Source of the DNA: Octopus sinensis
Lineage: Eukaryota
Length of the DNA: 64,000 nt
Assembly: GCF_006345805.1 (NCBI RefSeq)
Contig: NC_042997.1
Span: forward strand, 37,510,001 to 37,574,000
Direction: 5' to 3'
The notes below the pieces were generated by a model. That model worked only from the letters and a program-made list of their open reading frames with translations, was not told the DNA's origin and made no database searches. The translations under genes and the position numbers were made by a program. Positions 27,266 to 40,000 of this stretch are shown here, piece by piece. Position 1 is the first letter of the stretch. The number at the start of each line of letters is the position of its first letter.

Positions 27266-27799
27266 ACATACACCACCCGCCCCATTTTCCCTAACCACCC
27301 CTGTCCTCTTTCAAACGAGCCCGCAATCTGCGTGACCTCCTGGTCCACAGCACCCTCTCTCCTTCCCCTCAGCCCCACACGGATCTTTCCTTGCTCTAGA
27401 TCCCGCTGCAACACTTGCCCCTTCATCACCAACACCACCGCTGTCACCGGCTCCAACCTGCATACTGTACGCATTAGGCACTCCTTTACGTGCACTCGTC
27501 TGGCCTATTTACTGCATTAAATGCAACCTATGCGGGATGCTGTATGTAGGACAGACGGGACGCCGGTTGTCCGACCGTTTCACTGAACACTTGAGGGACG
27601 TTCGCCTACACTCTTTTTCTCTCGTCGCACGCCACTTCCGCTCGGCCGGCCATTCCCTAGATGACATCTCAGTGTTTGGTCTCGCCCCCCACAATGGTCG
27701 CCCACTTTCCAGGCTCCACTTGGAGCAACGCTACATCTTCACCCTACAAACTACCACCCCACACGGCCTTAACACAGCCCCCTCCTCTTGAGATCCGTG

Positions 27800-30370
27800 T
27801 TTTTTTTTTTTTTTCGGATACACCACCCACACACATCCACCCACCTACCTCCCACACGCCTGTTCACACACACACATACGTAGACCCATCTACGTACATA
27901 CATTCACACATTTAATCACACACACTTATAGACTACATGCACACACTAACATACAAACCACATGCACATACACACACACATACATACATACACACACACA
28001 TACATACTTACACACACACACACACAGACATACATACACACATACATACACACATACATACGCACATACATACACACACTCACACACACACACACCGCAC
28101 GTACATATTTCACACACACACACATGCACACATACATGTAGGCACACACACATACATACCTACCTACACATGCACACTCTACACTGAATGCACACACACA
28201 TACACCTTTTTGCATCCAGGCAGTCCCCCTCTTTTCTGCTTTCCGGTTTTGGCTGATGGATCCTCGGTTCCCGCGCAGCGGGGCGTTCGAGGGCTTTGCG
28301 CTCGCGCGCCTTGGCGCGCGCTGGGGGCTTGGGCTTGCGTTGTACTGCTTGTGCGTTGTGTGCATGAGCGCGCTTCGTGTGTGTGGGCTTGCTTCGGATG
28401 TGCGCGTGCGTATGTATGCATACATACCCACACACTCGCATGCATCCCTACCCACATACATACACGCACACCTACTCACACACACACATACACACACACA
28501 TACCGCACACACACACCATACATACAATACACACACATACCTACTTCAGACATAACACACACAGACATACACCCATACACTCACACTCACACGCATACCA
28601 CACACACATACACACGCACACGTACACATACACACACACACCCACACTACATACATACATTACACTTGTATACACACACACTTACATTCATACACACACA
28701 CACCTACACAGCCATACCCTCACTCAGACACACACATCTACCTACACACACACACAAACACCACAGACACACCCCATACATACATACATCTACACACACA
28801 CACGCCTACACACATACATACATAATACATAAACACACACACATACACATACACACACATACGCACACACACATATACTTACACACACATGCACACACAA
28901 ACACATACATACACCCATACACATACACACCACATACTTACACACACACTCACCTGCACGCGCACACACATGCATGACAAACACCCATACACTCACACTC
29001 ACATACGCACACACCAACATAAACACGCACACGCACACACACACCTACACTCCCACACACATACACACGCACCTACATACACACACGCACACCCACGCAT
29101 ACACACATACATTACACACGTACACACCACCCTACATACACATGCATACACACACACACAAAACATGCACGGACACACCCATACATACATACATACACCT
29201 ATATACACACGCCCACACACCTACATACACACACATACATACACACACATACACGGACACCCCCATACATACTTACATACATACACCTATACACACACGC
29301 ACGCCTACACACCTACACATACACACACATGCATACACACCAACACATGTACGCACATACACCACATATACGCACATACATAATACCCACACACATGCAC
29401 ACACACACACATACGCACATGCATGCATGCATGCACACGCGCACACCTACACGCATACACACACACACACGCACGTACACATACATACATACACACACGC
29501 ATACATACACCCATACACATACATGCATCCTACACACACATACATACACACTCACACATACATACACACCACACACTCACTCACACACCTGTATGTACGC
29601 GCACACACATGCACATACACACACTTCCCCACACCCACACGTACATACATACCACTCATACACATACACACACCACACACACGGACATACATCTATGCAC
29701 ACACATAGATACACAGATACTCACATACATTCATCGGACACACTTCCACCCAGACATACACAGACACACTCACACATCCACACACATACATACTTACGCG
29801 CATACTCGCAGGCGCGCGCACACACGCGCTTGCGCTGGTTCGCGCACGCATACGCGCCGCATGCACCTCGCTCTTGGACCCGACGAGACCTCCCGCGCGT
29901 TCCTGGGACCGTCGTTTGTCGTTGGGTTTTCCCACGCCCGTCTCCGCGGGACCACTCTTCCATCTTCCCTCAGCTGGAGTCCTTTTTCCTTAACTCCCCC
30001 CCCCTTTTTCGTTACACACACACGCGCACTATATACACACATTGCTTAATATATACATTACTCTTACACACATTCAATCTACTCGCCATTAATACTACCA
30101 CGACACTGGACACACACACACACTACTACTCAACACACGCTGGCACGCTACATACGCCCCCACCCCTTCCCCTCCCTCCCTTCCTCCTTCCTTCTTTTTC
30201 TTACTACTGACCTTTGTCTGCTATGCCGACCATTGTCTCGCCCTACCTCACACGCCTACACACAGACGCACACACTAACACATACATATATTTTTTTGTT
30301 TTTTTTATCTCGCCTCACACACACACATACAACACGCACACGCACACACTCACACATCACACACATCTGT
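27800..30370. repeat. ~2.6-kb degenerate (CA)/(CATA) microsatellite with two GC-rich islands
   Basis: Seen directly. Islands at ~28210-28420 and ~29790-30000. Confidence 0.9.
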
Positions 30371-30537
30371 TGCGTTACCAACCTTGTCTCCACTCTTTTG
30401 CCTTTAAAAACCCACTTTGCTCTTGTTATCGTAACTTCCGCCTTCACACCATGTGTAACTCGTAAACACCAGTCGTTTTTTTTCTCTATCCCTGTTGCCC
30501 GCTCTGGGATCTTTCTTCCTCTCTCTTCCTTCTTTAT

Positions 30538-30576
30538 GGTTTCCGACGAAGAGCTCCGCTCGATACGTCATAACCC
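30538..30576 (+). ncRNA. Degenerate minimal type I hammerhead ribozyme (PLE type), likely inactive
   Basis: ggttt CCGACGA a gagc-tcc-gctc GATA cg TC ataaccc. Stem II is intact, stem III is a palindromic ACGT, and there are two core substitutions versus CUGANGA/GAAA. Confidence 0.6.
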
Positions 30577-30674
30577 TCCTGCTTCCATTTCCTGAGCGGC
30601 CTATAATAATAATACTGTAATTGTTCCATTGGTGTTGTTTTTTTGTTTTCCCGTTTGGATTAAAATTATATATA

Positions 30675-30705
<31 letters not shown>

Positions 30706-30710
<5 letters not shown>

Positions 30711-32000
30711 TAATCCAATTAAAAACAAGACATCAAGAGTTAATGCCAGTACGACCGTTTTTCAAGCAGCGCCATTTAATTGAACACTAATCATTACATC
30801 AAAAATTAAACTGCCCAAATAAATAGAATTTTAATCAGTCGAACTTTAACAGCAAGAAGATGGAAGGAATCCATGTTATCGCTGTTGTAGATAAGATATA
30901 TTATACTTCCAAGAAAGGCGTAGGCGTGAAGTTTACTGGGGTCATAGCTTGTAAATGATTGTGGTTCATTTCAAATTTATTTGTCTTTTTATCAACTACT
31001 ACATCTAGGACTAGAGGACTGTGTCTATTTGGAATGAAGAATAAGAGTGAGTTGACAGCTCATGGCAGGTATTGGTCATAAATATTGTCAAGATATTAGG
31101 AGTAGTAAATTGGGTATAAAGTATTGTCCTTAAACGAGGCTGGGTGAGGAAGACCCTAAATCATGATGTTAATTACCAGCTAAAGGTGCAAGTGCAAGAC
31201 GCTAATGAAAAGTATTATGTTAATACAGAGGGAATGTTATCATGGGGTTCTATGTTTATAAACAATATTGTTATGTTGTATAAAGATAAAATTTAAGATA
31301 ATCAGAAATGGTATCATAACCAAAATACTTAAAATGTATATATATATATATATATTATATAATATTATATAATATATAATGCATAATCCAATTAAGCAAC
31401 AAGACATCAAGAGTTAATGCAGTACGACCGTTTCAAGCAGCGCCATTTAATTGAACACTGCAATCATTACATCAAAAATTAAACTGCCCAAATAAATAGA
31501 ATTTTAATCAGTCGAACTTTAACAGCAAGAAGATGGAAGGAATCCATGTTATCGCTGTTGTAGATAAGAATATATTATACTTCCAAGAAAGGCGTGAAGT
31601 TTACTGGGGTCATAGCTTGTAAATGATTGTGGTTCATTTCAAATTTATTTGTCTTTTTATCAACTACTACATCTAGGACTAGAGGACTGTGTCTATTTGG
31701 AATGAAGAATAAGAGTGAGTTGACAGCTCATGGCGAGGTATGGTCATAAATATTGTCAAGATATTAGGAGTAGTAAATTGGGTATAAAGTATCTGTCCCT
31801 AAACGAGGCTGGGTTGAGGAAGACCCTAAATCATGATGTTAATTACCAGCTAAAGGTGCAAGACGCTAATGAAAAGTATTATGTTAATACAGAGGCAATG
31901 TTATCATGGGGTTCTATGTTTATAAACAATATTGTTATGTTGTATAAAGATAAAATTTAAGATAATCAGAAATGGTATCATAACCAAAATACTTAAAATG

Positions 32001-32010
<10 letters not shown>
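30706..32010. repeat. Tandem duplication, 2 x ~673 bp
   Basis: Units start atgcataatccaatt at 30706 and 31379. Differences are mostly small indels and stutters. Confidence 0.92.
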
Positions 32011-32040
<30 letters not shown>

Positions 32041-32907
32041 GTGTGTGTGTGTGTGTGTGGGGTGTGTGTGTGTATATATATTGTGTATATATATCTTTAT
32101 CTCTATATATAAAACTGAATTGCGTTGTTTACCGCTTGGATCGCTTTCAATGCCACTACATCCCGTCCGATTCGCTCCAAAATTTACAGGGACATGTAGA
32201 ATGAGGTGACGATGCGCGTAGGCTACCTTAGAATCCCTATCTTAAAAGGTGTGGTTGCTAGGGGCCATCTCCTCACTCACCCTATTTCCTCCTTCCCTCT
32301 CTTACTCCTCTTCATAACTTTCAGAAGTCCACTACGGTTATTTAAAGTATCGTCACTATCGCTATTCCTTTCTTTTCACTGACTCTGTTTCCTACCTTCC
32401 TATCACTTCGGCGGCGTTGTTTTAAGTATATGTCTGTCACCAACAAACAACACCGAGCATGAGAACAAATATATGAATCAGATATTCTTGCGTTCATTTA
32501 TATGTGTGTGTGTGTGTGTGTTCTAAAGTATATATAATGTATGTGTGTGTGTGTGTGTTCTATATATAAATATGTATATATAATGTATGTGTGTGTGTGG
32601 TCTATATATAAATATGTATATATAATGTATGTGTGTGTGTGTTCTATATATAAATATGTATATATAATGTATGTGTGTGTGTGTTCTATATATAAATATG
32701 TATATATAATGTATGTGTGTGTGTGTGTTCTATATATAAATATGTATATATAATGTATATATACAAAGTGTATATATCTGTATTTATGTATATTAAACTT
32801 TTTCATACTTTTTCATCGTTATATATATTTTAAAACAAATTATAAATATAATTTCATAATTTTTATTTTGAATTTAAATAATTTAAAGTTTTCAATTTTA
32901 TATTTTA

Positions 32908-33908
32908 CTAGCAGTATCGCCCGGCGTTGCTTGGGTTTGTAAGGGAAATAACTATATAAGCATTTTTAGTGAGTTATAGCAAAAAAAATAGCAAAAAATG
33001 CATTAAAGATGGAATAAAAAATGATAGTAATTTATTTTTTAAATCGTTGACTCATCGTAGACATTTTTAGAGAGTTACTTCCCTTATATAATAGCGAAAA
33101 ATGCATTAAAATGGAATAAAAAAATGATGGTAATTTTTTTTTTAATCGTTGACTCATCGTAGAAATTTTTAGAGAGTTACTTCCCTTATATAATATCGAA
33201 AAATGCATTAAAATGGAATTAAAAATTATGGTAAATTTTCTTTTTAAATCGTATACTCATCGTAGACGCGCGCTAATACCCAGAAGGGCTCGATATGAAT
33301 CACGACTATAAGATACCCGGTTTTGGTTACACTGCACCGCAAAATGTGGGAGTGGTTAGGAATCTAAATTGTAGGAGACAGACACACAACCTTACTTTTA
33401 TATATAAAACATTCGGTTGTGCAAATTGTTTGCACAGGAAACCTGCCCTGTGTGGCGGTTTTTGCCGTTTTTGTGGATCTGTTTCAGCTTTTTTAGCGAT
33501 CTCTGTTTTGGCGACTTCAAGCCATGAAGTCGTTGTTCTAAAAGAACTCTGGTCTCCTTGACAACGCATTACGACGTTGATTTCCTTACACTCCCTTCCC
33601 CACAGCTTCACGAGGGAGGGAAGAAGGGGGAGAAGCAACACAGGTGCAGGCGTGAGCGTGGACGCCAACTCCGCCGCCATCGACACACGAAAAATATGCA
33701 TTAAAATGGAATAAAAATGATGTTAAATTATTTTTAAAATCGTAGACTCATCGTAGACGCGCGCTAATACCCAGACGGGCTCCATATGAATCACGACTAT
33801 AAGATACCCGAATTTGGTTAAAACTGCACCGCAAAATTTGGGAGTAGTTAGGAATCTAAATCGAAGGGGACAGACACTCACACAACTACAGTTTTATATA
33901 TATAGATA
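32908..33908 (-). mobile_element. Non-autonomous Helitron with internal ~95-bp tandem repeats
   Basis: CTAG at 32908-32911 with the hairpin motif shared with 3616-3998. 5' TC is at 33907-33908. Inserted at A|T without a TSD, and the empty site is seen at ~35877. Confidence 0.88.
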
Positions 33909-34047
33909 TATTTTCTGTTATATTTTCTTTTTTTTATGTTTTTGTTTTTGGTTTTTCACTGTTTGATTTGCCTATTAGTGGTTTTATCTCTAATTTAATT
34001 TATACAGATATATATCTCATTTGTAACATTTGTATATATAATGCGTG

Positions 34048-34083
<36 letters not shown>

Positions 34084-34909
34084 CATATATATATATGTGT
34101 GCATTACGTAGTCGGTCGATTCACCTGAAATATGCACACCTATGTAAAGGTGCTGACAAGTTTGCATCACAACTATTTTGTTCCTCAAATGAAAGGCGTC
34201 ACCTCTAGGACAAAATTCCTCATCTTATAAAATGTGGCCCCAGTACACCCGAATGAAATCGGGTTATATTAACCAAAATGTGAAAAGGGTCTAAATGGGG
34301 CTGGAAGGGGATTAAAATTTCAAAGAGCGGGTGTGTTTAGGAATTCTCTGTTGCATCAAGGTAAAAAATTTGCGCCAGCCTTTTAATCGTCAATGTGTTG
34401 CCGTCCATGATAAAGAAGTTTTGAATGCTTGCCATAGTGAGTCTACTGTCTTGAGAAAGAATCACTTCAAAACTTGGTGTTTACGAATTTTCTTTTACAT
34501 CAAGTTCAAAATTTTACGCCAGCCGTTAAACTGTTACTACGTTCCTGTCCGTCGTTAACAAATGCCAGCCATGGTGACTCTACTATCCTCAGATTCTATC
34601 CCTTCAAACTTTGGTTTCCAATATTTTATTATTTTTATTCAGCTCGCAAGTTCTTCTGTCCCTTTTGAATGTTAGCGTTTTGCTGTCTGCCTTGAAGCAG
34701 ACCTTTCCATTGCCAATGCCTCATATTTCTGATTGATCTTTCTAACTATTTTATTTCTCAACTTACTCAAGATCTTCTGTTGTTTATAAATGGGAGAGAG
34801 ATAGATAAAGATAGAGAGTAAGAGAAAGCGAGGGAGAGTCAGAGAGTAAAGAAAAGTAAGAGAGTGGGAAAGTGAGAGAGAAAGGAGAGAGAAACAAATA
34901 CGGAGAATC

Positions 34910-35218
34910 ATCATCATCATCATCGTTTAACGTCCGTTTTCCGTGCTAGCACGGGTTGGGCAGAGTGACCGGGGTCTCGGAAGCCAGGAGGCTGCACCAG
35001 GCTCCAGTCTGATCTGGCAGTGTTTCTACAGGTGGATGACCTTCCTAACGCCAACCACACTGTGAGTGTAGTGAGTGCCTTTTTCGTGCCGCCGGCACTG
35101 GTGCCAGGGGGGCTCGCAGTGGCAACGATCGGTTGGTGCTTTTTACGTGCCACCAGCACAGAAGCAAGTCAAGGCGGTGCTGCAATCGGCCACGTTCGGA
35201 TGGTGCTTTTTACGTGCT
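34910..35218 (-). mobile_element. 5'-truncated SINE / RTE-type 3' tail
   Basis: Minus-strand end ...ggacgttaaacgatgatgatgatgat, a (GAT)n tail, with a GC-rich body resembling common cephalopod SINE tails (recognition). Confidence 0.65.
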
Positions 35219-35285
35219 GAAAGGAAGCAACAGAAAGTAACACCCACACTCTTACCCGCGCGTAGAGCGGGTCACCTTCAGCTAG

Positions 35286-36024
35286 TCTCTATATATAAAA
35301 CTGAAATGCGTTTTTACCGCTTGGATCGCTTTCAAGGCCACTACAGATTCACTCCAAATTTTACAGGGACATGTAAAATGAGGTGACGATGCCCGTGGGC
35401 TACCTTAGAAATCCCTATCTTAAAAGGAGTCGTTGCTAGGGTCCCAAAACCCACTTTGACAAGTCCACTCTCGTTCTTTTACGTATATGTCTTCCTCACT
35501 CACTCACTCACACTATTTCCTCCATTCCCCTCTAACTCCCCTTCAGTTTCCCTTTATAAGTTCGTCAATCGGTGTTCTTTTATGTATCTGTCTGCATTCA
35601 TAGAGAGAATTATCATCGCCACAAAAAACACACGAGCATGGGAACAAATATTATGAATCATATATTTCTTGCGTTCATTTATATATGTGTGTGTGTGTTC
35701 TATATATGAATATGTATATATAATGTATATAATACAAAGTGTATATATCTGTATTTATCTATATTAAACTTTTTAATACTTTTTGATAGTTATATATATT
35801 TTTAAACAAATTATAAATATAATTTAATAATTTTTATTTTAAATTTAAATAATTTAAATTTTTCAATTTTATATTTTATATATTTTCTATATTATATTTT
35901 TATTTTTATGTTTTTGTTTTTGGTTTTTCACTGTTTGATTTGCCTATTAGTGGTTTTATCTCTAATTTAATTTATACATATATATATATATATAATTTGT
36001 ATACATTTATATATATAATGCGTG

Positions 36025-36056
<32 letters not shown>
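35286..36056 (+). mobile_element. Helitron-like element, copy 2 (5' part), interrupted by the LTR element
   Basis: Starts TCTCTATATATAAAACTGAA directly after CTAG. Colinear with 32100-32907 + 33909-34070. Confidence 0.75.
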
Positions 36057-36057
<1 letters not shown>

Positions 36058-37000
36058 GTAGGGAATACGACCGTATGTTGAGGTTGGTGACATAGGTAAG
36101 TCACATGGTCGCATTCCTAGCGAAATAAGATAAGTCATTAATACAATTTTATACAATGCAGTGCCAGCAGAATATAGATGAATTGACTACAAGGCCGTTC
36201 CACTGTTTGAGAGAGGATAAGATTTTATTTGCAATTGGTGTTAAGGTTAGAAGGTTGTGAGTGCTAGCAAGTGCGTGTGTGCGTGTGTGCATGCAACACG
36301 TGTTTGTGTCTGTGTGTTCGTCTGTGTGACATAGTAGGTACAATAAGGGTGAATGCGTGCGATGCAGAAAGTACAGAGCATAGAGTTCATAATGGAGATT
36401 GATTTACTGTTCTGAGGTACACGAAGTGTAAGAGTTCGATATCAGGATGCTGTGTCTCGGGTGGAGGCCGGTCGGGCGAATTATTGTCGAGCCGCGGTCG
36501 TGGTCTCAAATCGGCGAGCTGGTTCTCCTGATATAGATTTCTTCAGATGGACTGTTTCTACTTGGTGAAGGCGTTCACTCTAACAGCGTGGTTCTGTGAT
36601 GTTGGTGTGTACATGTCTGAAGTGGACGATGATGATGGCGACGGTAGCGGAGAGAGTAGACTTTCTGTTGCGGGTGTAAATTAGCATCGTCGTGGCTGAT
36701 CGTCTGTCGTCTGTGACTGCAACATGTTGATTAGCTCTGTGGTCAGAGGTTCAGTCCTCACAAGGACTAGAAACCAAAGACACTTGGTGAAACGATTCAC
36801 TCCCTTATATACAAGTAAGGTGGCTCAAACGAGCTTATTCCTGCCGTGTTTCTCAAACAGTGAGGATATCAGAGACCGCTACAGAGCCCCACGCAAGACG
36901 TTCGAGTGAACGTAAGGCCCCTGAGAAATGATAATGGCTGCGTGTTTGAAAATGACGGGTCACCAGTGTAGGGAATACGACCGTATATTAAGGTCGGTGA
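36057..37000 (-). mobile_element. TRIM-like / internally deleted LTR retrotransposon: 827-bp LTR (36057-36883), 83-bp internal region with PBS and PPT-like tract, and 34 bp of a second LTR (36967-37000)
   Basis: LTR termini TGTAG...CTACA. The 34-bp direct repeat has 3 mismatches. Minus-strand PBS TGGTGACCCG lies 1 nt after the LTR end, complementary to the tRNA-Trp 3' end (TGGTGACCCCG). The LTR has TATA-like gtatataaggg and AATAAA. Confidence 0.75.
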
Positions 37001-40000
37001 AAATTTTCAAAAAATTTTCGAAAGAGTTTTTGGTAAAATTTTCGGGTAAGATTTTTGGTAAAATTTTCGAAGATTTTTGGTGAAAATTTTCGAAAAACTT
37101 TTGTGTAAAATTTTCTGAGAACATTTTCGAAAAATTTTAGGTAAAAACTTTCGAAAAATTTTTGGGTAAAATTTTCGGTTAAATTCTTCGGCAAAGATTT
37201 TCCAAAAATTTTGGTGAAAATTTTCCAAAAATTTTTGAGTAAAATTTTCGGTGAACATTTTCGAAAAATTTTACGGTAAAATTTTCGGAAAATTTTCGGT
37301 GAAAATTTTCCAAAACCTTTCGGTGAAAATTTTCGAAAAATTTTTGGGCAAAATTTTCGTTGAAAACTTTCGAAAAATTTTTAGGTAAAATTTTCGGTTA
37401 AATTGGGTAAATTTTTGGGAAAAATTTTCGGTTAAATTGGGTAAAATTTTCGGTTAATTTGGGTAAATTTTTCGGCAAAATTTAAGTAAAATTTTCGAAA
37501 AATTTTCGGGTAAAATTTTGATGAAAATTTTCAAAATAATTTTGCGTTAAATTTTTGGTGAAAATTTTCGAAAAATTTTTGGATAAAATTTTCGGTGAAC
37601 ATTTTCGGCAAAAATTTTAGGGTAAAATTTTAGGAGAAAATTTTCGAAAAATTTTTGTATAAAATTTTCGGTGAACATTTTCGGCAAAATTTAAGTAAAA
37701 TTTTCGAAAAATTTTTGGGTAAAATTTTCGGTGAAAATTTTCGAAAAATTTTTGGGTAAAATTTTCGGTGAAAATTTTCGAAAAACTTTGGGTAAAATTT
37801 TCGGGTAAAATTTTGATGAAAATTTTCAAAATAATTTTGCGTTAAATTTTTGGTGAAAATTTTCGAAAAATTTTTGGATAAAATTTTCGGTGAACATTTT
37901 CGGCAAAAATTTTAGGGTAAAATTTTAGGAGAAAATTTTCGAAAAATTTTTGTATAAAATTTTCGGTGAACATTTTCGACAAAAATTAAGGGTAAAATTT
38001 TCGGGAAATTTTCGGGTAAAATTTTCTGAAAATTTTCGAAAAATTTTTGGGTAAAATTTTCGGTGAAAATTTTCGAAAAACTTTGGGTAAAATTTTCGGG
38101 TAAAATTTTGATGAAAATTTTCAAAATAATTTTGCGTTAAATTTTTGGTGAAAATTTTCGAAAAATTTTTGGATAAAATTTTCGGTGAACATTTTCGGCA
38201 AAAATTTTAGGGTAAAATTTTAGGAGAAAATTTTCGAAAAATTTTTGTATAAAATTTTCGGTGAACATTTTCGACAAAATTTAAGGGTAAAATTTTCGGG
38301 AAATTTTCGGGTAAAATTTTCTGAAAATTTTCGAAAAATTTTTGGGTAAAATTTTCGGTGAAATTTTCGAAAAACTTTTGGGTAAAATTTTCGGGTAAAA
38401 TTTTTGGTGAAAATTTTCGAAACATTTTGGGGTAAAATTTTCGGTGAACATTTACGGCAAAAATTTTAGGGTAAAATTTTCGGTGAAAATTTTCGAATCA
38501 TTTCTAGGTAAAATTTTCAATGAACATTCTCGAAAAATTTTTGGGTAAATATTCGTAGAATATTTTCGAAAAATTTTTGGTAAATATTTTTGGTAAAATT
38601 TTCAATGAACATTTTCGAAAAATTTTTGGGTTAAATTTTCGGTTAAAGGTTTCGAAAAAATTTTTGGGTAAAATTTTCGGTGAAAATTTTCGAAACATTT
38701 TTGGGTAAAATTTTCGGAGAAAATTTTTGGGCAAACTTTTCGGTGAAACTTTTAGAAAAATTTTTGGGTAAAATATTCGTAGAATATTTTCGAAAAATGT
38801 TTGATAAATATTTTCGGTCAAAATTTTCGAAACGTTTTTGGGTAAAATTTTCGGTGAACATTTTCTAAAAATATTAGGGTAAAATTTTCGGTGAAAATTT
38901 TCAAAAAATTTTTGCGTTAAATTTTTGGTGAAAATTTTCGAAAAATTTTTGGATAAAATTTTCGGTGAACATTTTCGGCAAAAATTTTAGGGTAAAATTT
39001 TTGGAGAAAATTTTCGAAAAATTTTTGTATAAAATTTTCGGTGAACATTTTCCACAAAAATTTTAGGGTTAAATTTTCGGAAAGTTTTCGAAACATCTTT
39101 GGGTAAAATTTTCGAAAATTTTTGGTTAAAATTTTGGATGAAAATTTTCGAAACATTTTTAGGTAAAAGTTTCGGAGAAAATTTTTGGGCAAACTTTTCG
39201 GTGGAACTTTTAGAAAAATTTTTGGGTAAAATATTCGTAGAATATTTTAGGAAAATTTTTGGTAAATATTTTCGGTGAAAATTTTCGAAACGTTTTTGGG
39301 TAAAATTTTCGATGAACATTTTCGAAAAATGTTTGGGTAAAATTTTCTGTGAAAATTTTCGAAAAATATTAGGGTTAAAATTTTCTGTAAAAATTTTCGA
39401 AAAATTTTTGCGTTAAATTTTTGGTGAAAATTTTCCAAAAATTTTTGGATAAAATTTTCGGTGAACATTTCCGGCAAAAATTTTAGGGTAAAATTTTCGG
39501 AAAATTTTGGGTAAAATTTTGGGTAAAATTTTCGGTGAACTTTTACGGCAAAAATTTTAGGGTAAAATTTTCGAATCATTTTTAGGTAAAATTTTCAATG
39601 AACATTTTCGAAAAATTTTTGGGTTAAATTTTCGGTTAAAAGTTTCGAAAAAATTTTTGGGTAAAATTTTCGGTGAAAATTTTCGAAACATTTTTGGGTA
39701 AAATTTTCGGAGAAAATTTTTGGGCAAACTTTTCGGTGAAACTTTTAGAAAAATTTTTGGTTAAAATATTCGTAGAATATTTTCGAAAATTTTTGATAAA
39801 TATTTTCGGTCAAAATTTTCGAAACGTTTTTGGGTAAAATTTTCGATGAACATTTTCGAAAAATATTAGGGTAAAATTTTCTGTAAAAATTTTCGAAAAA
39901 TTTTTGCGTTAAATTTTTGGTGAAAATTTTCCAAAAATTTTTGGATAAAATTTTCGGTGAACATTTCCGGCAAAAATTTTAGGGTAAAATTTTCGGAAAA

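Larger units (their letters stand above)
27270..30600 (+). mobile_element. 5'-truncated Penelope-like element: GIY-YIG endonuclease (27270-27791) plus a 3' region swollen by (CA)-rich repeats and ending in a hammerhead relic
   Basis: PCSRSRCNTCP..FTCT / CNLCGMLYVGQTGRRLSDRFTEHLRD..VARHF..GHS..EQRYIFTLQTTTPHGLN. The GIY-YIG call is strong; extending the element to 30600 rests on the terminal hammerhead-like motif. Confidence 0.8.
32100..35285 (+). mobile_element. Non-autonomous Helitron-like element, copy 1, with nested insertions
   Basis: 5' A|TCTCTATATATAAAACTGAA. Homologous to 35286-36056. Candidate 3' end: hairpin acccgc/gcgggt (35254-35272) plus CTAG (35282-35285). That both ends belong to one element is inference. 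Confidence 0.6.

Noticed and set aside
27926-30210. ORFs of up to 346 aa rich in His/Thr
   Set aside because: Translations of (CA)n microsatellite.
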